DNA of 63,385 nt, counting the filler, from Octopus bimaculoides (taxonomy: Eukaryota): the NCBI RefSeq assembly GCF_001194135.2. It is 5 parts of 4 records of this genome, joined end to end, with 100 filler letters (N's around TTAATTAATTAA, not from the genome) between each part and the next. Parts side by side here need not be neighbours in the genome. Positions count along the whole stretch, not along the records: positions 1 to 29,305 come from NC_068981.1; 4 more parts are not named here. The stretch is one strand, 5' to 3'. Below the pieces are notes generated by a model. It made no database searches. It was not told the origin of the DNA and was given only the letters and a program-made list of their open reading frames with translations. Made by a program: the position numbers and the translations under genes. Position 1 is the first letter of the stretch; each line of letters starts with the position of its first letter. This document shows, one piece after another, positions 14,223 through 26,880 of the stretch.

Positions 14223-14375
14223 TATCGAAAAATACCTTAGGAATGAGAACCCAGGTTTTATATTTCCCCAAGATACCTGATGAATGCTGGAGGGTATATC
14301 AGCCCCGAAACGTGTTAACAACAAACAAGATGAGGACAAATATCCGTCAAATGTAAATAATGTAAATAATGCACA
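14101..14375. mobile_element. Penelope-like terminal repeat pieces in inverted orientation, with hammerhead-like motif
   Basis: 14135-14172 is the reverse complement of 14335-14372 (gacaaatatccgtcaaatgtaaataatgtaaataatg). CTGATGA...GAAAC core at 14277-14311. Confidence 0.6.
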
Positions 14376-15065
14376 TATATATATATGTTATATTATTTGT
14401 TGTTTATTCTCTGCCCAATCCAAGCCCTTTCGTCCTGTTTTCCTATGGCAGGAAACCGAAAGGCTACAATAAAAAGTGTTCTCACTGTTGCAGCAGCTGC
14501 TGCCGTTCATTACAAGGACAGATGTGACCAAGTACACCTATCATGCTTCAACTATGACCACCCTTTCATTTTAAGGGTTTCTATAACCGCTTTATTATAT
14601 GATATCCGTTTCCTTTCTAAGAGGGTTCGATGTAATTTGAATCCGGTGAATGGCAGAGCTATTAAAGAGTCGGATAAAATGCTTTGTAGAATTTGTTTTG
14701 ATTCTTTACATTCTGTGGTCAAATGTCTTCGCGGTCAACTTTGAATTTAATCTATATAGGATCGATAAAATAAAGCAACAGTCGAGCACAATAGATTTTT
14801 ACAATTGATAAAAGGTTGGAGAAAATGGTTTGTGGTATTTATTTATATCTCTACATCCATGCTAACCACCCTAACAGGTGTGATAAAGTTGTGTGTTCAA
14901 ACAGTTGTTGCCTTACAAAATTTACGCGAAGGCAAGAAAGGCCCTTTTTGTTTTCTTCCAAGAAATTATTCTTACCATCACAACACTTAATATTATCTTC
15001 AGAAATATTCATCACATAAAATGTTATAGATAGTTTAGATTTTCCCTCTGTAATAAGAATAAGTC

Positions 15066-15320
15066 GGTGAGCTGGCAGAAACGTTAGCACGCCGGGCGAA
15101 ATGCTTAGCGAATTCCCTTTGTGGGAAGTAAAAATAATTTGCGAAATGCTTAGCGGTATTTTGTCTGTCTTTACGTTCTGAGTTCAAATTCCGCCGAGGG
15201 CGATTTGCATTTCATCCTTTCGGGGTCGATAAATTAAGTACCAGTTGCGTACTGGAGTCGATCGAATCGACTGGCTCCCTCCCCCAAATTTCGGGCCTTG
15301 TGCCTAGAGTAGAAAAGAAT
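15066..15320 (+). mobile_element. SINE family A copy with duplicated gcgaaatgcttagcg segment
   Basis: Full family A body; gcgaaatgcttagcg occurs twice (15096 and 15141). Confidence 0.85.
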
Positions 15321-17934
15321 ATGTAATAAGAATTATCAGTTATTCAAAAATTAAGGTGGTATTTCTTCCGACTCATTATGTTTTGAGTTCAAATTCTATC
15401 GTGGCCAACTTTACCTTTCATCCTTCCGCAGTCAATTAAATAAATACAAGTCAAGTACTGTGAGGGGAGGGTGATGTAATCGGTTTAACACTTTCACTTC
15501 AAAATTACTGGCCTTGTGCCAAAATTAAAAACTATTAATTCGAAAGCTAACAGAATCGTTAGAGCGTCAGAAAAACACTTTCCAACATTTGTTCCGTCTC
15601 ATATGAATGATTCTAAGACCAAATCTCGCTGAGGTAACCGTTTGCCTTTCATCACTCTGGTGCTGATAAAATAAAGCACAAAACAAATGTTGGGGTCGAG
15701 TTCTCTACTAGCTCCTTTCCCTAAAAAACCGATGGAATCATGCCTAAATCAGAACTCATTATTATTAATTATTCATGGATTAAGTGAATAACGAATTCTT
15801 TTTCTATGTTGCATCAAATAGAATGATATAAATCGCAAAAATGTGCATACAAATAATAACAAAAGGTTTTTAGAAGCGTGCTGTCAACATTTACAGTTCC
15901 TAGAATTGATGTTTTTCTCTACAAGAGATCATTCTAAATAACCTTTTGATATAATTATAGAAGTGCCACTGTCCATTCCACTTGTACTTATTACTTTACG
16001 ATGATAGTCATAATCCTTAGCTACCTTACTTTTAAATTCAATTACTGATAAGATTTCTGTACAACACCTATTGTGATTCAGTATTGCTATTTTAATTTTT
16101 AGCCTGGAAGATAATGTCAACTCTATATGGTACTATTTTCTGATGTCTGCTAGAGTTTCATAGTAACTTCTAATTGTAACATTCCTAGTTACATGCAAGT
16201 TCATCTAAGTACAACGAACATTTTTCTATTAAAATTTGATTCAGCATGGTCAGCGTAAGTAAAGTATTTACATTTCATCGTTGTCTTTCCTGCTTTATTT
16301 AGTTGGATCTAATGTTCTACATAACAAAACTTTGGCGAAATGTGTTATCAAGTTAACAATATGTGAATTATAGACATCCTATCATTTGTGTCTAGTAATA
16401 TTGACCTCTTCCTGTTGTTACTCTGTTGCTCCTAATCAAGATGGACCAGATTTAGGTTTCTGCGTGGATGGGCATTTGTTCAGTTCACGTAATCTCTGAT
16501 CATGTAAAGGCGTATATTTTCTAAAGTTTTTCACCGTAGATGTTATAAAATATATCTACTTTTGTTATTGTTTTAGATCTAGATTTTACTGTTTAGCTTG
16601 TGAGAATTTTTCTGCACCAGAGGTAGTTGGTTTACTGTATTTAGCGTGAAGATTATATAAGTCTGTAGCCGGATTTATTGTAGAATGAGTGTGATCGATA
16701 GTGTAATTGCTATCTAAAACTGTTTCCTCACTCTCAATAGTCCCATATAATCTTCTCTTCAAGAGATGTACAGTTTTGCAAGTCAAACTTAAAGTACAAT
16801 ATCTTTTTCTAATTTTAAAGCATAATGGTGTTTAAAACAGCTAAATTCCTGTTTAACAGAACAGAAACGGATGTTAAGCATAGAACTGCACGAGTAGCAC
16901 GTCTCATTTACCGGTTAGTTAAATAGATGTTTTGATTTGTATTTTAATCTGACAAAATATTAGTTTCTTATTCTCATTCGCACAGCGATGAAAAAATAGA
17001 TGATATCACTCAGTCTGATACAAAAAACGGCCAAATATTTCTATCAAGACACAAGCTACGCGTTTAAGAGAGGAAAGACTCGTTCAATAATAGAGTATTT
17101 CGAAGCTGACCAGGAGTAATCTTAAATCACACTCTGTAATGCTTTGAGGAAATAGTTTTTCAAATTTTTATTGTTCTCATATAGTCATCTAAACAATTAT
17201 ATTTTGTCGTACTTAGAATATTTTTCTAATATATTCACAAAATGATTTTTTTTTTGTTTTTCATTTTCCTCGAGTAGGTATCATATCTTTTCCAACGTTA
17301 TTACTGCGCACAGTCCTATGAAATTTTGGGCAATTATTTTCAAAGGTGTAGTTAAAAACAAACTGATTTTCTCTGATACTGTTTCTTTCTAATCTATAAT
17401 TCCCGGTAGACCTCTTTTGCTTTTAAGGATTCTAACGCTTCCAGGTGTCTTTGTTCATTATATATGCCATAGTTATTCTAAAATATTGCAAAGATTATCT
17501 GGTGACATCTTGCCTCTATTGGAAGCTTTAATTTATTCTACCAATCTCCTATTCTACGTCAAAGTCTCCTATCTTCTGCAACAATGGATAATTTACTTCG
17601 CTCTGCATTTGGAATTTCGAATACAAATATAAGTAAATGTTTGTAATTCACTTATATGAGAATGAAACGATGTTTTATGATGTCAAATTTCACTGTGAAC
17701 ATTGTCCCGTAATGTCCCTTGATCTAAGGTGGTTTTCTTAATTAGAGACATTTATGTAATGGAGTTGCTCAAGTCTGTTCTATGAAAGCCTTTGAAGATA
17801 CCTTTTTGTATATTTTGTCATGCTTCGTTCATTCTCTACGAAATATAAATATAATATTCAAGTACAAACTAAACCTGCAAATTTTATTTCTCTTAATATT
17901 GAAATGTGATCTCGCTTTACACATTTGGTTGGTA

Positions 17935-17943
17935 ATGATGATG

Positions 17944-18016
<73 letters not shown>

Positions 18017-18060
18017 CAACAACAATAATAATAATAATAATAATGATGATGATGATAAGA
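17935..18060. repeat. (AAT)n array with GAT/AAC variants
   Basis: Directly visible; marks the start of the LINE nest. Confidence 0.95.
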
Positions 18061-18485
18061 GGATTTTGAGATTCGTACTTGGATGTTGAATGTCTCCCAC
18101 AATAATTAACAACCAATTATCAAAGCTTATAAAGTGCGGAAAGAGACACTCTGTGACCTCTGACAGCAGGCTGCTGACCTCTCTCACAGAATCTACCAGA
18201 ACAAGCAAGACCGAACATTCTGAGAAGTAAAACAATAAGAACACGTACGATAATCGACACAGCATGCCCTGGTGACAACAGGATCAATGTGAAAGAAGCA
18301 GATAAAAATAAACAACTAAGACGATTTAAAGTGGGAAATACGATGTTTGTGGTCAATGGAGAGAGAGATGACGTGATACCAATAGTAATTGGTAAACTTG
18401 GAAGTATCAAAAGAAGTGCAGGAATTTTGGAATAAAATTTGGGCAGAAGAAAAAAAACACACAATAAAAAGGCCCCTTGGATTGA
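18060..18485 (+). mobile_element. R4/Dong-like non-LTR retrotransposon, REL-domain fragment
   Basis: RPNI...IIDTACPGDNRINVKEADK...VIPIVIGKLGSI, a PD-(D/E)xK REL signature, disrupted. Confidence 0.7.
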
Positions 18486-20335
18486 TAGAATATCTACTGA
18501 CTTAGACTCCTTAGAAGAGCAAAAGTGGGAGGGTATCAAGGTAGATGAGGTAAGATCTGCTCACGAGAAGTCAAGCAAATGGAAGTCTCCAGGATAGGAT
18601 AAAATTCCTAACTTCTGGTTGAATGCCTTCTCAGAGAGTCATGAACTGCTAACAAAACTTTACAACAATGTTTTGCAACAACTTAATATGATTCACTCTC
18701 GGTTAGTTAATAGTGTTACATTCCTACTTCCAAAAACTGAAGAAACAATAACCCCCAAAATTATAGACCCATAACGTGCTTAACATTGTAAGTATGAGAT
18801 CATGGAGAATCACACTGACTTTGAACAGTGACAATGAATCTCTCAATGCTGGTGATGTAAGAATTTCATGTGGCATTTTCCAGGGTGACTCTCTATCATC
18901 ACTCCTCTTTTGTCTAGCCTTAGTACCTCTCACGAAATTGCTTGATGATATACAATATGGCTATAAAATATTAAATAAAAATATTAATCATCTCTTTTAA
19001 ATGGATGATTTAAAGCTCTTTAGAGCTGAATGCAAGAAACAGGAAAGAAGCGATCAATTCTTTAACCATACAGGTCGTGATTTACAGTTTCAATACCATT
19101 AACTGGTCAATTACTGAAATATGTTATCTTGACAGAAAAATCCAGAAATTGTTGACAATGCATAGAATGCAGCACCCAAAAGCAGCTATAGAACGACTGT
19201 ACCTGCCAAGAAAATAAAATGGTCATTTTAGAATTAACAATGAGGATTGCCACAATTGACCTCAACACCTACCTGAAATACTCTGATGACTGGATGTTAA
19301 GAACTTGTCTCAAATCATGAAAACAAGAAATCATCAGACTCAGTAACAAAACAGGCAAATGAATATAAAAGTGAATTCCAAATTCAAGTTCCAGAATTAG
19401 ACGTACTAGAAACCAGCACAGAAAAAGCTAAGGGTATGAAAACCGTGCTGAAACTGCTGCCTTCGATATTCTACTGATAAATGGCAAGAAAAACCTCTCA
19501 ATGGCAAATACCCAAAGGGAGCTAACAATGCCGATGTTGACAAAGCCCTTACCCATCAATGGTTAGTGTCTTCTGGTTTAAAATCAGAAACAAAAGGGTT
19601 TATCATAGCAGCCTAAGATCAATGCTTACCTATAAGTAGCTACCAGGCCAACATATTAAAGAACGGCAGTAGCCCAATATGTCGCGAATGTAAACAACAA
19701 AATGAAACCATTGCTCATGTTGTCTCTATGTGCAGTCTTCTTGCGCCTACAGAGTATCTCAACAGGCATGACAGAGCAGCACAGTATATTCACTGGGTAA
19801 TTTGCAAAAACTTGGAACTACCCCATGATAAAAACTAGTAGGAACTCAATGAACACATCTCACTCCTCTGGAAATTCACCGTTCAAACTGACAGAAAGAC
19901 AGATATGAATAGGCCAAAAGACTTCAGACAAAAACTATGCCTCATCATTGATATGACTGTCCCAATCGTTATAAATGTATCTTTCAAGACCTACCAAAAC
20001 TGAGCAAGAATAAATATCTTGAAATAGAAATTGGCAAAATGTGGAACTTCAAGACCAAAACAATACCTGTTGTCATAGGTGCCCTAGGAATGATAGCAGA
20101 AGGAATTGATTCCTACCTAGCTCAGATACTAGACAACCTCAAAATGGCAGAAATTAAAAAGATAGTGCTCATGGGAACTGCCCATATTCTACGTAATATA
20201 CTGTGTATGTCATCTCAAATTTTAAAACAAACTTAATATTTTACTATGTTATCCTAAATATTTTCTATATGACACCCTAGGCATAACACCAACTTGAACT
20301 TCTAACTCGTTGTCTCTTGAGGTATCTGGGGCTGG
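18486..20335 (+). mobile_element. R4/Dong-like LINE: RT, CCHC finger, REL endonuclease, 3' UTR (pseudogenised)
   Basis: KWKSPG*DKIPNFWL; CGIFQGDSLSSLLFCLAL; HLF*MDDLKLF (YMDD codon changed to stop); CRECKQQNETIAHVVSMC; IIDMTVP; IPVVIGALG; GTAHILR. Confidence 0.9.
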
Positions 20336-20339
20336 AACG

Positions 20340-21135
20340 GGCGGAAAGAAATTGAGGAGCAGTGGCGCCAGAAGCCTCTGCATGGAAAGTATAGACTTCG
20401 AAGTGGAAATGCTGATGTAGATCAAGCAACAACCTATCAGTGGCTGAGAAGTTCAGTACTGAAAGCAGAAACTGAAGGTTTCATATTGGCGGCACAGGAT
20501 CAAAGCTTTCTCACAAAATCCATCAGGCTAATGTTCTTCAAAACGGTTCTGACCCTAAATGCAGATTCTGTGACGCATTTGACGAAACAATAGACCATCT
20601 CTTCTCGGGATGTCCTGTGTTGACACCAAATAATGCAAAAATCACCACGATAGGGTAGGACAGTATTTACACTGGAAAATATGTAAACACTACAAAATTA
20701 GCACTCCTGCTTACTGGTATGAAAATCATCCTGAACCAGTTTTTGAAGGCAAAAATGTCACTATCGTCTCGGATTCTCCAGTTAATACTGACAGAACGAT
20801 CCAGGCTTATCGACCAGAAATAATTATTAAAGACATGGAAGAAAACACTTGTAGACTAATAGATGTAAGTGTTCCCTCTTATAAAAATATATCTGTCAAG
20901 GAATTTGACAAGCTAAGTAAATATAAGGAGCTGGAAACTGAAATGCAAAAGATATGGCATCTTACAACGAGAACTGTTCCAGTTATTATAGATGCCCTTG
21001 GTATGATAAAAATGGGATGTCAGAAATATCTAGATAAGATCCCAGGAGAAACACGTCTCAGAGAAATTCCAAAGATTGTAGTGACAAGTAGTGCCCACAT
21101 CCTTAGAAAACCCTATCCATTTAGATGTCTGTGTT
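20340..21135 (+). mobile_element. R4/Dong-like LINE, 5'-truncated copy of another subfamily
   Basis: KPLHGKY, AETEGFILAAQDQS, CRFCDAFDETIDHLFSGC, LIDVSVP, VPVIIDALG, SAHILRK. Confidence 0.88.
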
Positions 21136-21272
21136 GTATTACATGAAGTTATTTCGCTACTTCTCCTCCCCAAGCTTTCAGTAATACTTTAACATTTCTT
21201 ATCCTTCGCTCGCCCCAGGACACTGGGTGTATCTCGGTAAGCAACTGTAACAAACATGCAGATTAAAAGTAA

Positions 21273-21305
<33 letters not shown>

Positions 21306-21324
21306 TAATAATAGAAAACATTAA

Positions 21325-21535
21325 TATGAGAATTATGGCAAAAATAGCAAAGTACAAGGATCTAAAATTAGAGACTATGCAAAGAACGAGTAAAATGCAT
21401 CCCAGCAGATGCATTGGGAACTATTCCTAAGATCTGAACGGATTGATAAAGGAAATAGGCATAAAACCCAGTTTAGTACAGCTGCAGGAGACAGTGTTAT
21501 TAGGGACAGCTAGGATACTATATGGATTCTTGGTA
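21325..21535 (+). mobile_element. R4/Dong-like LINE, C-terminal fragment
   Basis: KIAKYKDLKLE...LQETVLLGTARIL, directly after an (AAT)n tract. Confidence 0.7.
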
Positions 21536-21689
21536 TTTACGGTTACTTGTTGCAGCACGATAGGTGGGTCCTTAGCATCTAATTTTACTTGTTGTAGCCT
21601 GATGTTCGGATTTTTATCTTTTCCAACAGTCTACTCTGTTGAGAGTATATGAGAATAATAATAACAACAACAGCAACAACAACAATAAT

Positions 21690-22395
21690 AACCAGGCAGT
21701 GGCTCTCATGGTTTCTCATCTTAACTGATTGGAAGTGTTATCATGTACATTGTTTGTCTTGGTATAAAAGATGGGCTACATCAAATATTCTGCTCAATCC
21801 CACAAATTTGATTCTCAGTTGCTTAACCTTAACCAGTTGAGCATGTCCCTTGGTAGCTGATGATATGTGCATCTCTTATCACGAGCAGAAGTGGTGGAGA
21901 ACATCATAGCAATGTCCTGAGAGGAATTCTTTGGGGCTTCAATAATTCACCCCTGTAAACAGGGGTATTTCATTCATTATCCTTAAACAAATTTTATACA
22001 GAGACCATTTGAGCAGAGTGGGCTACTCGATCTGAAGAAAATTCTAACTGGGCCACACCTGCAAGGTCATGCGCTGTTTATCTTGATATAAGGACACCTC
22101 GTCGCGCACATATGGTTGTGAAGCTTGTACCTGGTGTACCGTTATCATACGGGTGTTTCATTCATCATCCTTAGGCAAATCTTAATCAGGGTCTTTTTGA
22201 GTGGGATGGGTTACTTGACCTGAAGAAGATTCTAACTGGGCCCCACCTGCAAGGTTATGCGCTGTTTATCTTAATATAAGATTGTCATGTCGCGCACATA
22301 TGGTTGTGATACATGTGTATGACAGGTATACTGGGCTTCGTATAAATGTTTACCCCAGTGTCACTTTGATGGAGTGCACTGATCGTTCACTCAAT
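21690..22395 (+). mobile_element. repeat family D (non-coding, AAT-flanked) with internal ~190-bp duplication
   Basis: Same body as 44350-44757 and 48655-49097 (tgctcaataccac...aattctaactgggcccc...tggttgtgatg...actcaataataat). Confidence 0.8.
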
Positions 22396-22549
22396 AATAA
22401 TAATAATTATTATTATTATAATAATAACAACAACAACAACAATAATACCAGTAAACAAGTGTCAGCTTAGTCTGCTAACCGCGGACAGATGACACTTTCC
22501 AGCATATCCAGGAAAATAAGTTGTGAATTTTCATATAATAATAATAATA

Positions 22550-22611
<62 letters not shown>

Positions 22612-22613
<2 letters not shown>

Positions 22614-23635
22614 TATCAACCAGCTGTACTTGAGGAGAGACCAGAGTGGAAAAGGCATAATAGCAGTAGAAGAATGTGTACAGATGGAATGAAAGAGTCT
22701 AGTAGAGTATTTACAGCGCAGCATGGAAAAACTACTAAAGACAGTTAATAAAGAAGAGGTGGTGAAGTGCATAATAGGAGAGAAACCCCTGCATGGCCAA
22801 CTTTAGGGAGCTTTAACAAGGGTTATGTGGAACAAAATCCTGGCCTTGGTTAAAAAAGGCAATTAGAAAAAGAAAAGGAGAGCCTAATTGTAGCAGCCTA
22901 AGATCAAGCGATAACAACATGAGAAAAAATATATATGGTGAGGATGTGTCAGAAAAATGTAGAGCCTTTGGAACTTGGAACGAGACAGTGGCTCTTATTG
23001 TGACAGAGTGTCCCAAGTTGACACAGGAAAAATATAAGAAATGGAGGCACGACCAGGCTGTTAAAGTTCTACTCTGGAAACTTCCAGAAATGGGGATTTG
23101 AAACTGGAAACACATGGTACAATCATCTAGTCGAAAGAGAACTAGAGTCAGAGAAATGTAAGATTTTGTGGGACTTTCCTATTCAAACGGACAAGAAATT
23201 AGAAAATAAGAGACCAGACATAACGATTGTAGATAAGGAAAAGTGAAGTTGCTTATTCAACGACCCATCATGCCCGTTTGATTCCAGGAACGTAAAGGAA
23301 GAGGAAGAAAAACAAAGAAAATATAAACCCTTAAAATTTGAAATAGAAAGAATTTGGAGCATGCGAACAGTAAAGGTCGAGGCTATAATAATTGTTCCGT
23401 TGGGGACAGTAAGCCAAGATGTAGACAAATGGCTGAATGAGCTTGAAATAGAATGCTTAGTACAGTTCCAACAGAAAGTCTCTCTCAGGAAGAGTAAGGA
23501 TTATCAGGAGGGTTCTAAGCACTTGAAAGACTGCTGAAAACTTGTGGATACCTAAGGTTACAGGTAGTAAACCCGCTACGCACAAAAATCCTACGAGGAA
23601 TAAAACCAAACCGAACCCAAACCAAATATATTAAT
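22612..23635 (+). mobile_element. R4/Dong-like LINE, 5'-truncated
   Basis: KPLHGQ, LIVAA*DQAI, CRAFGTWNETVALIVTECP, RHDQAVKVL, ILWDFPIQTDK, RPDITIVDK, DPSCPFD. Flanked by (AAT)n on both sides. Confidence 0.85.
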
Positions 23636-23650
23636 AATAATAATAATAAC

Positions 23651-23711
<61 letters not shown>

Positions 23712-23713
<2 letters not shown>

Positions 23714-23896
23714 GACTTACAAATATATATAACATACAGAAAATTGCACTACTGGGCACTGCACACATCCTACGCAAAACACTTTCAATACAGTAACCAT
23801 AAGAGCATCACAGCAAACCACAGCACATACCCAAGGCACACAGAGCTGCGCTCGGTAGTGAAGTGAAAGCACGTTATGAAAATAAAACTACTGAAC
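23712..23896 (+). mobile_element. R4/Dong-like LINE 3' end and UTR
   Basis: IQKIA(L)LGTAHILRKTLSIQ*, then a UTR ending ataaaactactgaac(aat)n. The same UTR appears reversed at 35008-35077. Confidence 0.8.
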
Positions 23897-24740
23897 AATA
23901 ATAATAATCTAGTCATAATAATAATAATAATCTAGTCATAATAATAATATTAATCTAGTCATAATAATAATAATAATAATGTAGCCATAATAACTTAAAC
24001 AAAAGAATGCAGTAGTGTTATGGGAATAATGATTTTAAACAAATGAAAGGCATTTTCTCCAATGATTTTTAAAAATTAAGTTTACGACTACGTTTTGTTC
24101 GGTTGTTTTATAAGATGGAAGAGCATGATTGTATGAAATTGTTTGAGATATTTTTACTGTAGTTGTTGCTTGCAGTTGCTTGAGAAAGGATTTTGTAGTT
24201 ATAGACATATTTAACTGTGATTTCTGGTAACCCGAATCTAAGCAACAGGAAAGGCAATAACATGTTTTCGTTTTTACTTGTTTCATCATAATGAGTGTGA
24301 ACCTGAAACATTATTATTATCTTCAGAAATTGAAATGGACTCATTTTGCCTGGGTGAATATGAGTATAAGCTTGTGACGGAGTAGAAACAAGTAAGAAAC
24401 GATTACTGGAAGAAGCGTTCGTTGCGGGTTTGTACTTCGTCAGTTGTTGTGATTGTGATTCGTTGTACTTTCCATGCCCAGGCCAAGCTATGGAGGAAAC
24501 ATTATACTTCACTTAACAGATTATATAGCGAAACTCTATTTGTTCTAGACAGAGGTTGTTATAATTTCTACTCTGGTGAAGCAGAGTATATTTCCCCTAC
24601 ACTGATATACGATAAATATGAAATGGAGAAAAGAATTATGAAGAAAAGCATAAAAACATAAAGGCATAAAAGTGTAAGAAATACAGTAGTAGTAATGATA
24701 CACACACACACACACAAACACACGCACATATGTATATGCA

Positions 24741-24747
<7 letters not shown>

Positions 24748-24832
<85 letters not shown>
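24748..24832. repeat. (AT)n microsatellite
   Basis: Directly visible. Confidence 0.95.
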
Positions 24833-24837
<5 letters not shown>

Positions 24838-26524
24838 GTATACACATATATGTGAGTGTGTGTGTACGTGTGTACATATGTATATGGATAGTTGTAAGTT
24901 CTTGCGCACGTACGTATATATATATTTTGAAAAAACTGAAAATGCTGATTCAGAAATCATTATCGAAAGCACCGAGATAAGAAAACTTCAGCAGAATAAA
25001 TCAATTGCCAAATGCCATTAGCAAAACTATTCAAACATTCTCTCTGTCATAACAACTCACTAATAATAAGAAAAGTGACAACAAAAATCTTTACCCGTTA
25101 CTTTTAGGTAGCGTTCAATTTTTTCTATATTATATATATTCAAAAATATTTTTCTTCCTTATTTCTGTACCCCTTATTCACCTAAACTATTATGTAAGTG
25201 TTGATTAGCATAATCATTAGAGTATCGGACCGAATGCTTCGCGCTATTTATTCTGATAATAAAGTATCTGTCTTGGTGGACTGGTGAAGCTCGAAGTGCA
25301 GCCGACAGGTTGCCGTGTTTAGCGTCTTTGTGTTCTCAGTCCCTCTTTCTCTTCTCTTGTTTTAAGTTCTAGCGTCTTGAACTGTTTTATTTTTTAACAT
25401 AGTTTCTTATAGTAGCAAAATGTGGAATATTTTTAAAGTGTATACAAAATTAGATCACCCCTAGCTGTGATATTTAGTCTTGGAGAAACTTCTGAAAGAA
25501 ACTTGTGTGTTTAAAAAAATATCTAAAATTAACCTCTCATAAAATGTCTTCGGCAGATCGTCACACTCGGTAGTGGCTCGACTTGATTTGGTCTACTCAG
25601 GGACGAATACACTTGGACGTTCTGTGCAAAGTGTAAAAATATTCGTTCCAATACAGAAACAATAAATTTACTGATTTGTGCGTAAGATGGCCAGGCTAAA
25701 ATTAAATATATTCATTTGATACAACACCAGATTAAAATACGATGTGAATAGCATTTATAATGTATCATATATTCATTTAGTAGTTAATCACTCTCTCATT
25801 TCCTCTTACTAACTATTCTCTTTGTATGTATTTTATTTTTATGACTTTCTTGCTTTTTACCTCTCCCTCTCTCTTAGCTTCGTTCTCTCTCTCATATACG
25901 TCTTCCATATACGTCTTCCATACACGTCTTCCACGCAGACACATACAAATTCTTTATCACCTTCTCACTACCCTGTTACTCATAAATTTCTCCATACTTT
26001 TTACCAATCAGTCCAGTCATCACTCAGTTTTTCTGTCTCTCTCCATCTACACAAAATCACGTATTCCTTCTCTCTGTCTCTTTCTCTCTTTCTCCCTCCC
26101 TCTCTCCCTCTCATTCTTTCTCTCTCGCATGCATTTACACAATACCTCTCTCACACATATTTTCTCTCCTTTTCCCCATCTCCCTCTCCTTTTTTTTTTT
26201 TGTCACTAACTTGTTAAATCACCCCTTCCTGTTTTCAGTCTCTCACAGTTTTATTTGGTAACACATTTCGCGCTTAGTTCATGCAATATTAACATTTGTG
26301 TTTTGCTTGAAAAGAGAGAATGGGGGTAGAGAATGTAGGATGTAGCTGCGTTACATATTATATATAGAAACATAAACATTGAAGCATCTAAACACATAGA
26401 CACACATATATAAATGCATGAACACATAACTACATAAAAAATGATGCCATGTTCATCATCTCACAAATTTTATAACTCTTCGGATGAAGCTATTTGAAAC
26501 AGATGACAGTGGAATATAGAGAGC

Positions 26525-26880
26525 GTGGAGGCGGAATGGCCAAGTGGTTAGGGCAGCTGACTCGCGGTTGTCGGATCGCGGTTTCGATTCCCAGTCCGGT
26601 TGTTGTGAGTGGTTATTGAACGAAAAGCTCAACGAGGCTCCGGCAAGAGAGGTGGCGAACCCTGCTGTACTCTTTCACCACACCTTTCTCTCACTCTTAC
26701 TTCCTGTTTCTGTTGTGCCTTGTCACACTGTGCCACGCTGAATATCCCCGAGAACCACGTTAAGGGTACACGTGTCTGTGGCGTGCTCAGCCACTTGCAT
26801 GTTAATTTCACGAGCAGGCTGTTCCGTTGATCGGATCAACTGGAACCCTCGTCGTCGTAAGCGACGGAGTGCCAACAACC
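26525..26880 (+). mobile_element. tRNA-derived SINE, same family as 4105-4495
   Basis: A and B boxes plus a nearly collinear body; lacks the aattcaaagggtcagcc segment of the first copy. Confidence 0.88.

Noticed and set aside
14385-14744. 119-aa ORF with hydrophobic start
   Set aside because: No recognisable domain or supporting splice structure; compatible with chance.
14876-14883. AGGTGTGA T-box half-site (autoregulation)
   Set aside because: A single 8-mer in 63 kb is near chance expectation; the other match (54296) is inside a SINE.
17782-18265. poly-Ile/poly-Leu/poly-Tyr ORFs suggesting membrane proteins
   Set aside because: Translations of (AAT)n/(ATT)n arrays.
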